Shown here: positions 29,394-38,990 of the stretch, in pieces
How positions within the stretch are numbered: position 1 is the first letter of the stretch
Layout: every line of letters begins with the position of its first letter
Origin: a virus
IMG/VR virus record: IMGVR_UViG_3300037419_000317
DNA: 64,000 nt
Direction: 5' to 3' (one strand)
The notes under the pieces: generated by a model
Told to the model about the DNA's origin: nothing
The model's input: the letters and a program-made list of their open reading frames with translations, nothing else
Database searches by the model: none
Position numbers and translations under genes: made by a program

Positions 29394-30011
29394 TTACCCC
29401 TCTGCAATGATTATCAAGCTTTCATATGCACGAAAGTCTAGGTAATCTTTGTATTCTTCAGCAAGGCTCGCAAGTCTAGCTTTACGTGCCTGCATATAAC
29501 AGTCTGTTGCACCTTCAGCACTATCGAAAGTTCCTAGATGAACAACCATCTTGTCTACGGTGATTTTGGCTGAAAACATGCCGCTAGGCAATCTTGCCAC
29601 TCCACAAGGCAATCCATGCTTGTTCTTATAAGATTTGAAAAGCTGGTTTAATTTGTGAGGTAAGAAAATACACCTGTCGGGATGATACTCTCTGTTGCCG
29701 GGGAACAGCAGGTCTTTGTCAAGGTGCCACCCTTCATTGTTATACCCGGTCTGGTGTTGGCACCAATTTGCAAAATATTGAAAATCTAAAAATTCATCAG
29801 ACACCAGAGAGCCTTCGTAAGAAGGGTGGTTTCTTTGCTCTGAGCCGCCCACAGTACATCTGTTCTTCATGTTGTTGTGGAGCCTTCCTGCGGGTGTCAC
29901 GTAGTAATCATATCCACCCTTAAATGAGCGCACCCACTTACCGTCCCTGTCTTTAAAATCTTCAAAAATCATAATCAGCCAAAGTTTAGAGATAAAACGA
30001 AATTTTAACAT
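29394..30011 (-). CDS. HNH-family endonuclease with AP2-like domain (free-standing homing endonuclease, reverse strand)
   Basis: WHLDKDLLFPGNREYHPDRCIFLP nuclease motif. GVARLPSGMFSAKITVDKMVVHLGTFDSAEGA is AP2-like. The only leftward gene between TerL and portal. Start uncertain (30011 or 29972). Confidence 0.6.
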   Translation of the reverse strand: MLKFRFISKLWLIMIFEDFKDRDGKWVRSFKGGYDYYVTPAGRLHNNMKNRCTVGGSEQRNHPSYEGSLVSDEFLDFQYFANWCQHQTGYNNEGWHLDKDLLFPGNREYHPDRCIFLPHKLNQLFKSYKNKHGLPCGVARLPSGMFSAKITVDKMVVHLGTFDSAEGATDCYMQARKARLASLAEEYKDYLDFRAYESLIIIAEG

Positions 30012-30049
30012 ATTTTATTGGGGTTGTCAACAATGTTAGGTGCATTTTC

Positions 30050-30078
30050 TTGACAAAAGTCTTATCTAATGATACAAT
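30050..30078 (+). promoter_or_regulatory. consensus sigma70-like promoter before the portal gene
   Basis: TTGACA-N17-TACAAT. Confidence 0.7.
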
Positions 30079-30105
30079 CCTGCTAATGAATAAAAAGGAG
30101 CACTA

Positions 30106-31590
30106 ATGGCAGCTAAAAAGAAGCCAAAAGATGATTCGGCTGCTTTAGCGGCTGATGATGGTGTTGCAGTGCCACGTATTTCCCTCGGAGAATCAGGTTT
30201 CGTGGGATTGCGCACCGTGTGGGGCCGAGTAATTGACGATCCCCAGCGAGCCTTCCATACACCTCAATTTCTCCGCACAGTAAGAGAAATGATGAATGAT
30301 GCGGTTATTGCATCTGCCATCAACACCTACCGAATGCTACTCTCCCGCGTTTCTTGGAATGTTGTGCCTCCAATGGACGCCACCGATGAAGAAAAAGCCC
30401 GAGCCAAGTTTATCGAATCCTGCAAGGACGATATGGAGCACTCGTGGGCCAGCTTCATTTCCGATGTTATTACATATCTTCCCTATGGCTTTGCTGTAGA
30501 GGAAAAAGTTTATCGTCGCCGTCTTACAAAGAATGGTAGCAAGTTTAATGACGGACTTGTTGGAATTCGTAAGATTGCACCACGTGCTCAAGAGACGATT
30601 GCTCGTTGGACATTCTCTGAGGATGGCCGTGAGCTTTTAGGCTGCGAGCAGTCTATCCAAAATCTTGAACACGGTGGGATGTTTATTACCGGCCTTAATG
30701 AGCACGGTCTTATTCCCATCAAGCGCGAAAAGTTTATGTTGTTTACAGCAGATGGCACGAAGGGTGATCCTACAGGTAACTCTGTGCTCAAGGGAGTGTA
30801 TAAGGCGTGGAAGCAGCTAGATATGCTGCGCGATCAAGAATTGCTTGGAATTGCCAAGGAATCAAATGGTCTTCCGCTTATTCGCCTGCCGCCCGATTAC
30901 ATGGCTGTTGATGCACCGCCCGACAAACAAGCTGTCTATCAAACCTGCCAGAAACTTCTGGATACAATCCAAGCCGGTACAAATCGCGGTATCGTATTCC
31001 CGAGGTTGATTGACGAAACTTCTAAACAAGATTTGTTCGATATCTCTTTGCTTGAGAAAAAAGGTATCCCCGGCTCTAACCTTGACACTGCCATCAAGCG
31101 ATATGCTGATGAAGTGTACTCGGCGCTTGGCGTAGATATTCTTAAAAACGGTGGTGACTTAGGTTCTTTTTCCTTGTCGGATTCTGACACAAACCTTGTC
31201 TCCCTTGCAATGGCTCACCGTTTGAATGAGATTGCAGATGTTCTGAATAATGATCTTGTGGTGCAGTTGCACAAATTGAATGGCTGGAGTACAGAACGAC
31301 TGCCGCGATTTGTGCCGGGAGATATCTCCGAGATGAGCGCAGACGAACTAGGCAAACTTGTTCAACGCACAGCATCTGTAGGTCTTGCAGTAAAAGACCT
31401 TGCCACTATCAATCGTATCCGCAGGGCAGAAGGCATCGAAGAAATTCCTCCTGAAACTGATGTGAATTCTCTTGAATTTACTATGGAGTCTAGTAACGCC
31501 GGGGAAGGAATGCAAACAGCCGGGGAAGGGACGGCCAAAAAACCGGGGTCCAAGGACTCTAGTTCGCAGAATTCGGAGAATGCAGCTTGA
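30106..31590 (+). CDS. portal protein
   Basis: 494 aa. AAGGAG SD. Lies between TerL and the prohead protease. Size typical of portals. Confidence 0.75.
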   Translation: MAAKKKPKDDSAALAADDGVAVPRISLGESGFVGLRTVWGRVIDDPQRAFHTPQFLRTVREMMNDAVIASAINTYRMLLSRVSWNVVPPMDATDEEKARAKFIESCKDDMEHSWASFISDVITYLPYGFAVEEKVYRRRLTKNGSKFNDGLVGIRKIAPRAQETIARWTFSEDGRELLGCEQSIQNLEHGGMFITGLNEHGLIPIKREKFMLFTADGTKGDPTGNSVLKGVYKAWKQLDMLRDQELLGIAKESNGLPLIRLPPDYMAVDAPPDKQAVYQTCQKLLDTIQAGTNRGIVFPRLIDETSKQDLFDISLLEKKGIPGSNLDTAIKRYADEVYSALGVDILKNGGDLGSFSLSDSDTNLVSLAMAHRLNEIADVLNNDLVVQLHKLNGWSTERLPRFVPGDISEMSADELGKLVQRTASVGLAVKDLATINRIRRAEGIEEIPPETDVNSLEFTMESSNAGEGMQTAGEGTAKKPGSKDSSSQNSENAA

Positions 31591-32357
31591 GCAAAGATAC
31601 TCATGTGGTGTATTGGATTAGACATAAAGATCATACAGATATTAAATCTCAGGGCTATGTTGGCGTCACAAATGATTACGAACGCAGGATGACGAAACAC
31701 AAACACTCTGTAAACTCTGGATCAACTTACACGGTTCACAACGCCATCAGAAAATACGGCGAAGACATTCTAAGTAGCATCGTTGTGGAAGGTGACGAAG
31801 AGTTCTGTTATTTCTTAGAGTCTGAGCTTCGTCCTCTACCTGAAATAGCTTGGAATTTAGCTGTCGGTGGCCTTGTCCCACCTCTAAGTGGCAAGGGTCA
31901 CTCTGCCAAATCAAGAGCTAAAATGTCAAAAGCCCACAAGGGCAAGTTTGTCAGTGCAGAGACGAGAAAAAGGATGTCTGCTGCCTCTAAGGGAAGGAAG
32001 TTACCGCAGTCTGCAAAGGATAAGCTTAGAGAAAAGGCAACTGGCAGAATTAGGAGCGAAAAGGCCAAAGCTAAATACATTGAAACAATGTTAGCTAAAG
32101 AGTGTTGGAAAAAGCTTTGGGAAAGTAGCTCTGCTCGACAAGACTTGTGGGCTTCCGCTGATAAGTTTTACAACCTATTTCTAGAAAATTCAAAAATGGG
32201 TGCAAGAAAAATGGCAGAGAAGCTTGGCTTCTTTGATTGCAACCCTTGGAAGATGAAAGATCAATTCAAATCCGGCTGGAACCCTCTAGAAGATGAAGCG
32301 TGGCTTGCCTTCAAAGCAGAATACGAAAAGGAACAAGAGAATGGCAAAACAGAATAA
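31587..32357 (+). CDS. GIY-YIG homing endonuclease with NUMOD3-like repeats
   Basis: VVYWIRH...GYVGVTNDYERRMTKH GIY-YIG motif. Repeats SAKSRAKMSKAHKGK / SAETRKRMSAASKGR / SAKDKLREKATGR. TTG start after a GGAGAA SD, in a TTGA overlap with the portal stop. Confidence 0.75.
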   Translation: MSKDTHVVYWIRHKDHTDIKSQGYVGVTNDYERRMTKHKHSVNSGSTYTVHNAIRKYGEDILSSIVVEGDEEFCYFLESELRPLPEIAWNLAVGGLVPPLSGKGHSAKSRAKMSKAHKGKFVSAETRKRMSAASKGRKLPQSAKDKLREKATGRIRSEKAKAKYIETMLAKECWKKLWESSSARQDLWASADKFYNLFLENSKMGARKMAEKLGFFDCNPWKMKDQFKSGWNPLEDEAWLAFKAEYEKEQENGKTE

Positions 32358-33198
32358 AATTCTTCGCTATACAGAGTTGCTCTACAGTCGTCCACATCTT
32401 ATCAGCCAAGACTCGTTTAAGATTATCTCAGATTATCTCGATAAACGTAACGGTGGGATGTTGATGCAACCGCAAGTTGATATTGCTGCCGAGGATTCCG
32501 ACGATGACGCAGATTACGACCCTATGCTTGGCGTAGGAGTTATCGAGATAGAGGGAGCCTTGACCAACGAGCCTGTTATGACTCTCTGCGGCGCTGTCGG
32601 GACTAGCTACGAAAGCATTCTTCAGCAAACCGAAGAAATGATTGAAGCAGGTGTTACAACCATCATCCTCGATATTGATTCAGGTGGAGGAGAGGCTTTT
32701 AATTGTTTTTCTTCCATAGATCAGTTTCGCAAAATGTGCGATGACGCTGGTGTGTATGTGTATGCCTATGTTGATGGTTGTGCTGCCTCTGCTGCGTATG
32801 CTTGGGCGTGCTCGGCAGATGAAGTTATTGCCCCTGTAGACGCAGAGGTAGGAAGTGTGGGGGTACTTATTGCACTCTCTAACTTGAACAAGTATTACGA
32901 GAAAGAGGGCATTACTCGCACTTGGATTTCAGCAGGTAAGGAAAAGATTCCTTTTGACGACAGTGGGGAATTCAAAAAGTCCTTTCTGGAAGACTTGCAG
33001 TATAAAGTAGACACACTTTACGAAATGTTCGTGGCTCATGTTTCTAAATACACAGGGCTGTCTGCTGAGGTAATCAAGTCCACAGAGGCAAATACCTTTC
33101 TCTCTAAAGACGCACTAGAAATTGGGCTCATCAACAAAATTATGAATAAATTCGATTTCATGGATTATGTAGCAAACAACCAAAAAGGAACCAGTTGA
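32341..33198 (+). CDS. S49 (SppA/ClpP-fold) prohead protease
   Basis: IILDIDSGGGEAF and VDGCAASAAYAWACSADEVIA motifs. ATG 32341 after AAGGAACAAGAGA. Confidence 0.8.
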   Translation: MAKQNKILRYTELLYSRPHLISQDSFKIISDYLDKRNGGMLMQPQVDIAAEDSDDDADYDPMLGVGVIEIEGALTNEPVMTLCGAVGTSYESILQQTEEMIEAGVTTIILDIDSGGGEAFNCFSSIDQFRKMCDDAGVYVYAYVDGCAASAAYAWACSADEVIAPVDAEVGSVGVLIALSNLNKYYEKEGITRTWISAGKEKIPFDDSGEFKKSFLEDLQYKVDTLYEMFVAHVSKYTGLSAEVIKSTEANTFLSKDALEIGLINKIMNKFDFMDYVANNQKGTS

Positions 33199-33731
33199 TG
33201 AAACTGCTTGAAGATTTGAAAAAGAAGATTGGCGCTAAGCCTGTCGAAACAAAGGAAGAGGAAATGACCGTAGAAACTGTGGCTCAAGTTGAGCTTGCAA
33301 CACATGAAGCCGTTGTAGCCGAGCTTGCTACGCTCAAGGCTGATTTTGAGGCCCAAGCAGCACAACTGGCAACCGCTCTGGAAGCTATTGAAGCTGTTAA
33401 AGCAGAAGCCGAAGCAGCCAAAACTGCACTTGCAGCCGTAGCAGAAGAAAAAGCACAAGCTGAAGCTGCTGTGAAAGCTGAAAAGATGGCTAAGCGCCGC
33501 GCAGCAGTGGAGGCAAACATTGGCACCGATAAGGCTGACGCCTTTATGGAAGCTACTAAAGAATTGGACGATACGGCTTTCGCTGCGATCTGTTCAGCAA
33601 TGGCAGGCACCGTTAAAGCCGAAACGGAGTCTGAACTGTTCAAAGAAGTCGGCGTTGAAACTAAAGCGAAAGCTACTGATGCTGAACCTCAAGTGAAGCA
33701 TTTCAAACAATTCATCAAAGGAAAGAAATAA
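33195..33731 (+). CDS. head scaffolding protein
   Basis: 178 aa. Ala/Glu/Lys-rich coiled coil between the protease and capsid genes. Confidence 0.65.
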   Translation: MMKLLEDLKKKIGAKPVETKEEEMTVETVAQVELATHEAVVAELATLKADFEAQAAQLATALEAIEAVKAEAEAAKTALAAVAEEKAQAEAAVKAEKMAKRRAAVEANIGTDKADAFMEATKELDDTAFAAICSAMAGTVKAETESELFKEVGVETKAKATDAEPQVKHFKQFIKGKK

Positions 33732-34126
33732 TGACTAAGTTGGCAACTCGTAGTAATAAACTCTCGGGTGTTCTGGCGTTCGAAGAAATGCCGGAGCATG
33801 GTGTGTGCCGTAAAGTTGTGACTGTCACTGTCGCCGCTGGCATGGACGTTGGCGCTGTGCTGCAATTCGACGGCACCAGCAAATACAAATGGGTGGCAAA
33901 CGCTGATGTGGCAACGCTGAATGCTGATGTGGCTGTCCTGATCGAATCGACTCTGGATGTTCCTTCGCTGGCTCCGGGCGATTATCAACTGGTGGTGCTG
34001 TACAAAGGTCATGCTGGCGTTACCGATAAAGGTCTGCTGTACAAGGATACTGTTTCTGGCGCTAACCAAACTATTGTTCAGAATGCTCTGCGCGCTAAGA
34101 ACATCCATATCCGCAATCAGTTTTAA
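33731..34126 (+). CDS. head decoration protein (lambda gpD-like)
   Basis: 131 aa, directly upstream of the major capsid gene as in the lambda D-E pair. TAATG overlap. Confidence 0.55.
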   Translation: MTKLATRSNKLSGVLAFEEMPEHGVCRKVVTVTVAAGMDVGAVLQFDGTSKYKWVANADVATLNADVAVLIESTLDVPSLAPGDYQLVVLYKGHAGVTDKGLLYKDTVSGANQTIVQNALRAKNIHIRNQF

Positions 34127-34145
34127 TAATTAAAGGAATAATGCA

Positions 34146-35198
34146 ATGAGCATGACTATTCGTGACTATTTCAATAGTTTCAAGAATGCCGATTTCGTTG
34201 ATGGAATCACTCAAACCCCGCTGCAATATGGCTACATCAACAGCCAAAACCTGTTCAATGTCAAATCGACCAATCAAACAGCTATCGTTTTTGACAAAGA
34301 CTACAACACCACCACTCTGCTGCCGCAAGTGAATCGTGGTGCTCACGCTTCCACGCAAAACCACGAGCGTAAAGCTGACACGTTTGCGCTGAAGCTGGCT
34401 TACTTCAAGCACGCCGACCGCCTGACCAACGAGGACATCCAAAGCTGGCGCGTTCCGGGTTCGACCGATGAAGAAACCTATGGTCGCGCTACTGCGGAAA
34501 AGATGGGCGATATGAGGCTCGCATGGGACCAAAATCAGGAATATATGAAGCTGCAAGCTCTAAAAGGGGTGTTTAAAACTCCGGATGGGACTGTGATGGC
34601 TGATATGTACTCGGAATTTGGTATCACTCAGACCACCATTGACTTCCTGCTGGGAACCACGACCACTAACGTTGACTCGATCATCCGTCAACTGAAGACC
34701 ACGATTTCTAAGAACGTAATGAACGGTGGCGCAATCTCGGGCGTCTCGGTGCTGGTTGATCCGCTGTTCTACGATAAACTGATTTCGCATCCGAACGTCA
34801 AGAATGCCTACCAGTTCTATATGGCGCAAGGTAACGGAAACGCTGTTCTGCGGGACGACAATACCTCGTATATGAAGTGGGGCATCATGGATGCATTTAC
34901 CCTGCGTGGTATTAAGTTTGTTTCGTATGATGCGACCTTCAACCTGCCGGGTGGCACCACTGAAAATGCATTCGCTGATAACAGCGGTATTGCATATGCA
35001 GAAGGCGTGAAAGACCTGTTCCGTGGCTACAACGGCCCTTCGGCTAAACTGTCGGAAGCTAACCAGCCCGGACAAGAGCTGTTTGTACGGTCGTATATTG
35101 ACAGCCGGGATGAGTTCGTTGAATTCGAGATGGAAGCATCTCCGCTGTACTTTACCACTCGTCCGGCATCGATCGTTAAGATTGTGTCGAGCAACTAA
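34146..35198 (+). CDS. major capsid protein (lambda gpE-like)
   Basis: 350 aa. AAAGGAA SD. Strong codon bias (CTG, CGT, NCG). Hairpins downstream. Confidence 0.75.
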   Translation: MSMTIRDYFNSFKNADFVDGITQTPLQYGYINSQNLFNVKSTNQTAIVFDKDYNTTTLLPQVNRGAHASTQNHERKADTFALKLAYFKHADRLTNEDIQSWRVPGSTDEETYGRATAEKMGDMRLAWDQNQEYMKLQALKGVFKTPDGTVMADMYSEFGITQTTIDFLLGTTTTNVDSIIRQLKTTISKNVMNGGAISGVSVLVDPLFYDKLISHPNVKNAYQFYMAQGNGNAVLRDDNTSYMKWGIMDAFTLRGIKFVSYDATFNLPGGTTENAFADNSGIAYAEGVKDLFRGYNGPSAKLSEANQPGQELFVRSYIDSRDEFVEFEMEASPLYFTTRPASIVKIVSSN

Positions 35199-35289
35199 GA
35201 ATCTTATAAGCCCTTCGGGGCTTTAAGTCTCTTGACTGTAAGAGCTTCTTTGGAGGCTCTTATGTTAAAGAGATTTATAAGGAGTAATC

Positions 35290-35751
35290 ATGGCACTAAT
35301 CGATCTGAGCACACCAATTGGAAAGCTTCGTTATAGACTTGGAGACTATCTAGACATTCCGCAGTTGCCTGACAGCGTTTATCAGTCTGCCTTGGATGAT
35401 AACAACGGAAACCTCCGTGCAGCAACAATCCTCTGCGGCCAATACATCCTAGCAGGACTGGCTTTTAACACTCAACAAAAGATGGGTGTTATCGAAGTGT
35501 ATGGACAACAAGCATTCCAACAATACAAAGAGTATTTGCTGCTTGTCCTGAAAGACCCTACTTTCGGAAACGCTTGCCCAATTCCCTACGTTGCTGGAGC
35601 AAATTGTCTACACCCCATTCTACAATTCAAAGAAGACTTCTCTGGCGCTTACACGCACCCCACTTCAGACGAACGCCTGCATCAGATTTCAACAGGCCCA
35701 TTCGACCCTTACAGCGGTGCTGTGGTAAACGGAAATTTGAACGGAAATTGA
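35290..35751 (+). CDS. head-tail connector / head completion candidate (153 aa)
   Basis: AAGGAG SD. Lies between the capsid and tail genes. Confidence 0.45.
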   Translation: MALIDLSTPIGKLRYRLGDYLDIPQLPDSVYQSALDDNNGNLRAATILCGQYILAGLAFNTQQKMGVIEVYGQQAFQQYKEYLLLVLKDPTFGNACPIPYVAGANCLHPILQFKEDFSGAYTHPTSDERLHQISTGPFDPYSGAVVNGNLNGN

Positions 35752-35752
35752 T

Positions 35753-36154
35753 ATGACAGCCTTTACTCAATTTGATAGGGTTGTTGCAACAATGATGAAG
35801 CAGTTTGGAAAGGTTGGATATATCCAAATTGTCACGCTTGGAGAATATGACCCATCTACATCAGAGGTGTCCAGCGAATCCACAGATGTTCCTGTGAATT
35901 TTATCGCATTCGATTACGTCAGAAAAACCGAAGGTTTGGGCGAAGAGAAGAACACTCTTGTGCAATCTGGAGATAAACAAATTCTGGTGCAGCCCCCTCA
36001 AAAAGCAGGTAATACAGCAATTCCTATCCCTAAACCCAATAAGGACTTGTTTAAGATTGACGGAATATCTTACAAGATCATTACTGCTAAACAGCATAAC
36101 CCAAACCTAACCGATGATGGCGCTGTTATGTTCGAACTTTATATCAGAGAGTGA
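35753..36154 (+). CDS. head-tail joining candidate (133 aa)
   Basis: Position only. Starts 1 nt after the upstream stop. Confidence 0.45.
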   Translation: MTAFTQFDRVVATMMKQFGKVGYIQIVTLGEYDPSTSEVSSESTDVPVNFIAFDYVRKTEGLGEEKNTLVQSGDKQILVQPPQKAGNTAIPIPKPNKDLFKIDGISYKIITAKQHNPNLTDDGAVMFELYIRE

Positions 36155-36163
36155 TGCTCAAAT

Positions 36164-36192
36164 TTGACAATAAGCGCCCTCAGTGATATAAT
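36164..36192 (+). promoter_or_regulatory. consensus sigma70-like promoter
   Basis: AAATTTGACAATAAGC...TATAAT with N17. Confidence 0.7.
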
Positions 36193-36213
36193 TCTTGATT
36201 AAGGAGATAAGAT

Positions 36214-36657
36214 TTGGGAATATTCTCAGACCATCTAAAAAAGAATATCGAGAGCGTCTTATCAGAAGTCAACTTCAAGATTAGTTGGGTTGCATACCAA
36301 TACTTTGTCCGCATTGTTCAAAACTCCCCCCATGTAGGCGATGGTCCTTATGTTGCAGGACACTTCGTTGCAAATTGGTTTCCTGCTGTTGATGGCTTCG
36401 ACCTAAGCACAACTAGCGCAACAAGCAACGGTGACGACAGCATAGCTCGAATTGAAAGTCTTGTAAAAGAGAGCAATGCATTCTTGAAGAAGGATGGATT
36501 TGTCTCTCTGTCCAACAATCTAAACTATGCGCTGCGCGTAGAGATACTTGGATGGCCTTATGGTAAAGACCCTATCAGTGGCTGGACTTGGACCGGGATG
36601 CGGAAGATTTATGCTCCTGTTGCCAACTCTTACACTTACTTGAAAACCATCATATGA
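36214..36657 (+). CDS. head-tail/tail completion candidate (147 aa)
   Basis: TTG start 7 nt after an AAGGAG SD. Position only. Confidence 0.5.
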   Translation: MGIFSDHLKKNIESVLSEVNFKISWVAYQYFVRIVQNSPHVGDGPYVAGHFVANWFPAVDGFDLSTTSATSNGDDSIARIESLVKESNAFLKKDGFVSLSNNLNYALRVEILGWPYGKDPISGWTWTGMRKIYAPVANSYTYLKTII

Positions 36658-37052
36658 ACATCAGACAAGAAGTAGAGTCGGCTGTAGCGGCTTTCGCCAA
36701 TTCACAAACACCACAAATTCCGATTGCATTTGAGGGAGTTCCCTTCACGAAGCCTACAAATGGGCCGTACCTAGAAGTGTTCTTTCTAGCTAACAGCCCA
36801 ATGAACGCTACTGTAGATGTTTCTCGAATTCGAGTTTATGGCACTTTTCAAATAAATTGCTATGTGTTGGACGGCAAGGGTATGAAAGCCCTTGATGATC
36901 TGTCTGACAGCATTGTAGCACTGTTCCCTGTTAATAACAAGGGATTGTACACAACTTTCTCAGTAGAACAACCCCCGAATGTCAGTCCTCCGTTGAGTGA
37001 TACTAAGTTCAGGATGGCTGCTGTGAGGGTGAAATATCGTCAAGAACTGTGA
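36654..37052 (+). CDS. tail terminator-like protein (132 aa)
   Basis: ATGA overlap. Size and position just upstream of the tail tube gene. By-eye resemblance to the DUF4128 tail-terminator family. Confidence 0.5.
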   Translation: MNIRQEVESAVAAFANSQTPQIPIAFEGVPFTKPTNGPYLEVFFLANSPMNATVDVSRIRVYGTFQINCYVLDGKGMKALDDLSDSIVALFPVNNKGLYTTFSVEQPPNVSPPLSDTKFRMAAVRVKYRQEL

Positions 37053-37091
37053 CGATAAATCTTATAAATTAATTTCTAATTAGGAAAATAA

Positions 37092-37463
37092 ATGGCAAAT
37101 CTTACCTCTAGCGCTAAGTTTGGCAATAACGGTGTCGCAACTTCGACAGGCACTGGCAAAATTTCGATTGCTACTTCTGGCGATACTCTTACATACGTTC
37201 AAAACACAGGACAAGAACTCGTGCTGTATAACACCAGCGCATCGGCAGTTGTCGTGACGATTTCTAGCAATGGCCCTGCTTCGATCAACGTCCCTAAGCT
37301 GGGAAACTATGCAGTGGCAATCAATACCGGGTTCACTGTGTCGGTTCCTGCCAACCAGTTCGTCTCGGTTCAGCTCGACCAGCATCAAGCATTCCTGCAA
37401 GGAACTGTAGTCTCGATCACAGCAGCTACCGGAGCAGTGGTTTCGGCTTTCATTCTCCAATAA
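37092..37463 (+). CDS. hypothetical beta-rich structural protein (123 aa)
   Basis: AGGAAA SD. Ser/Thr/Val-rich. High codon bias like its neighbours. Confidence 0.55.
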   Translation: MANLTSSAKFGNNGVATSTGTGKISIATSGDTLTYVQNTGQELVLYNTSASAVVVTISSNGPASINVPKLGNYAVAINTGFTVSVPANQFVSVQLDQHQAFLQGTVVSITAATGAVVSAFILQ

Positions 37464-37503
37464 TAGCCAACAAGCATAATCATCAATTTAAAGGAAATAC
37501 AAA

Positions 37504-37950
37504 ATGGCTTCTAAAAGTCTGACTTCTGCAACCACAGCCCTCTATATTAGCGCATCCCTGCCTGCTACTTACGATTCGACAGGCTTCACTGCACTGACTT
37601 GGATTGCTGTTGGTGAAATCTCGTCGTATGGCGCTTTCGGCGGCAAGACTAACATCGTTAAGTTTACTCCGGTGGATACCAACACTGTTGCTAAGCGTGG
37701 TGGTTCGCAAGACTTCGGCGCAATTGCCCTGACTCTTGCTCGTCACACTGGCGCTGATGTCACTGCAATGAATAACGCTTTCATTGACCGTCAGCCGCGC
37801 GCATTCAAGATTGTCTACCCGACAGCCCTTGGTCAAACTGACTACTTTACCGGCATCGTTGTTGAGAATACCACTAACATTGGTAACAGCGACAAGATTC
37901 TGGAAGCAAACGTCAATATCGAGATTGACAATACCATCCTGACGTTCTAA
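37504..37950 (+). CDS. major tail tube protein
   Basis: 148 aa. AAAGGAAA SD. Immediately upstream of the chaperone/tape-measure genes. Hairpin GAAGTGC...GCACTTC downstream. Confidence 0.65.
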   Translation: MASKSLTSATTALYISASLPATYDSTGFTALTWIAVGEISSYGAFGGKTNIVKFTPVDTNTVAKRGGSQDFGAIALTLARHTGADVTAMNNAFIDRQPRAFKIVYPTALGQTDYFTGIVVENTTNIGNSDKILEANVNIEIDNTILTF

Positions 37951-38083
37951 TGGATGTAGAAGTGCCGTAAAGCACTTCTTAAGGAGTCTTAAGGGCTTCT
38001 TAACAAATGCTTTACAACAAACGAGCAACATAGCTCGCCTCGCTTCGATAGAAGCATAACATAACTAAGAAGGAAACTCTACC

Positions 38084-38482
38084 ATGTCGTTTGAACTGAA
38101 CACTCTGGCTCTTGAAGATCAAGCCGCCCTGCACCTCACTCACCCTGCTACCGATATGCCTCTGTATGCAGACAAAGAAGAAACTCAGCCTGTGCAGATC
38201 ATCCTGAAAGGCCAAGCTTCGCAAACCTATGCTCGTGCTGTGGATGCGATGATGAAAGCCGCTGCAAAACGAGGTAAGCGTGAAGCTACTCCGGCAGAAG
38301 CACGAGAACAAAGCGTTAACTTTCTTGTGGCCCTGTCCGTCACTGCTGAGAATCTTACCCTCGATGGCGAGCCAATTGATTCGGCAGAAGCATTCCGTAA
38401 ACTGTATTCGGATGAGCGTTATGGCTGGATCAAAACTCAAGTAAATGACTTCCTTGGAAAGACTGAAGCTTTTTTGAAATAA
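38084..38482 (+). CDS. tail assembly chaperone (gpG-like)
   Basis: 132 aa. GAAGGAAA SD. Ends ...GCT TTT TTG AAA TAA with a slippery site. Confidence 0.75.
   Translation: MSFELNTLALEDQAALHLTHPATDMPLYADKEETQPVQIILKGQASQTYARAVDAMMKAAAKRGKREATPAEAREQSVNFLVALSVTAENLTLDGEPIDSAEAFRKLYSDERYGWIKTQVNDFLGKTEAFLK
38470..38476 (+). promoter_or_regulatory. -1 programmed frameshift slippery heptamer T_TTT_TTG
   Basis: In the zero frame of 38084-38482. The -1 frame is open from here through 38988. Confidence 0.75.
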
Positions 38483-38988
38483 TCGCTGAGCAGCTTATCC
38501 TGTATGTGCGTCAGATGGCGTGGCTTGGCGCTACGCCTGACAAGCAAAAGGTAAGCCGCTTAGAAGCGATTGAAAACAATACGCTTCAAACTCGTCTGGA
38601 CGATGACGAAGATTTACCTGAAGACAGTAAGCCAATAATAAAAGTTCCCCTAGAGGTAAATTTGCCCGAGATTCCAGAGGCGTTTTGCCATCTACGGGAA
38701 CTTTTTTATTTATCAGGACAGGGTACGAGTACAGGGTATGGATTAGCTCCTCTGTCGTGGCAAGAGATTCAAGCCTTTAGAACTGAGAATGACTTAGATT
38801 TGACTTTGTGGGAAAGACAATTACTCAAGAGGATGTCCGAAGCCTATTGCGCAGAAGCCTCTAAAGCAACAGACCCCTACCGCCCAGCGCCATACGCACC
38901 ACAGAAAGTGGATGAAGATGTAGATAAGATTGCACTGGCACTGAAAATGCGAGACGCATTAAACGCCTTCCGTACAAGAAAGAATTAA
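38476..38988 (+). CDS. tail assembly chaperone -1 frameshift extension (gpGT-like fusion = 38084..38476 + 38476..38988)
   Basis: -1 frame relative to the gpG-like ORF, with no stop between the slippery site and track ORF 38506-38988. No SD of its own. Confidence 0.7.
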   Translation, partial: EIIAEQLILYVRQMAWLGATPDKQKVSRLEAIENNTLQTRLDDDEDLPEDSKPIIKVPLEVNLPEIPEAFCHLRELFYLSGQGTSTGYGLAPLSWQEIQAFRTENDLDLTLWERQLLKRMSEAYCAEASKATDPYRPAPYAPQKVDEDVDKIALALKMRDALNAFRTRKN

Positions 38989-38990
38989 TT

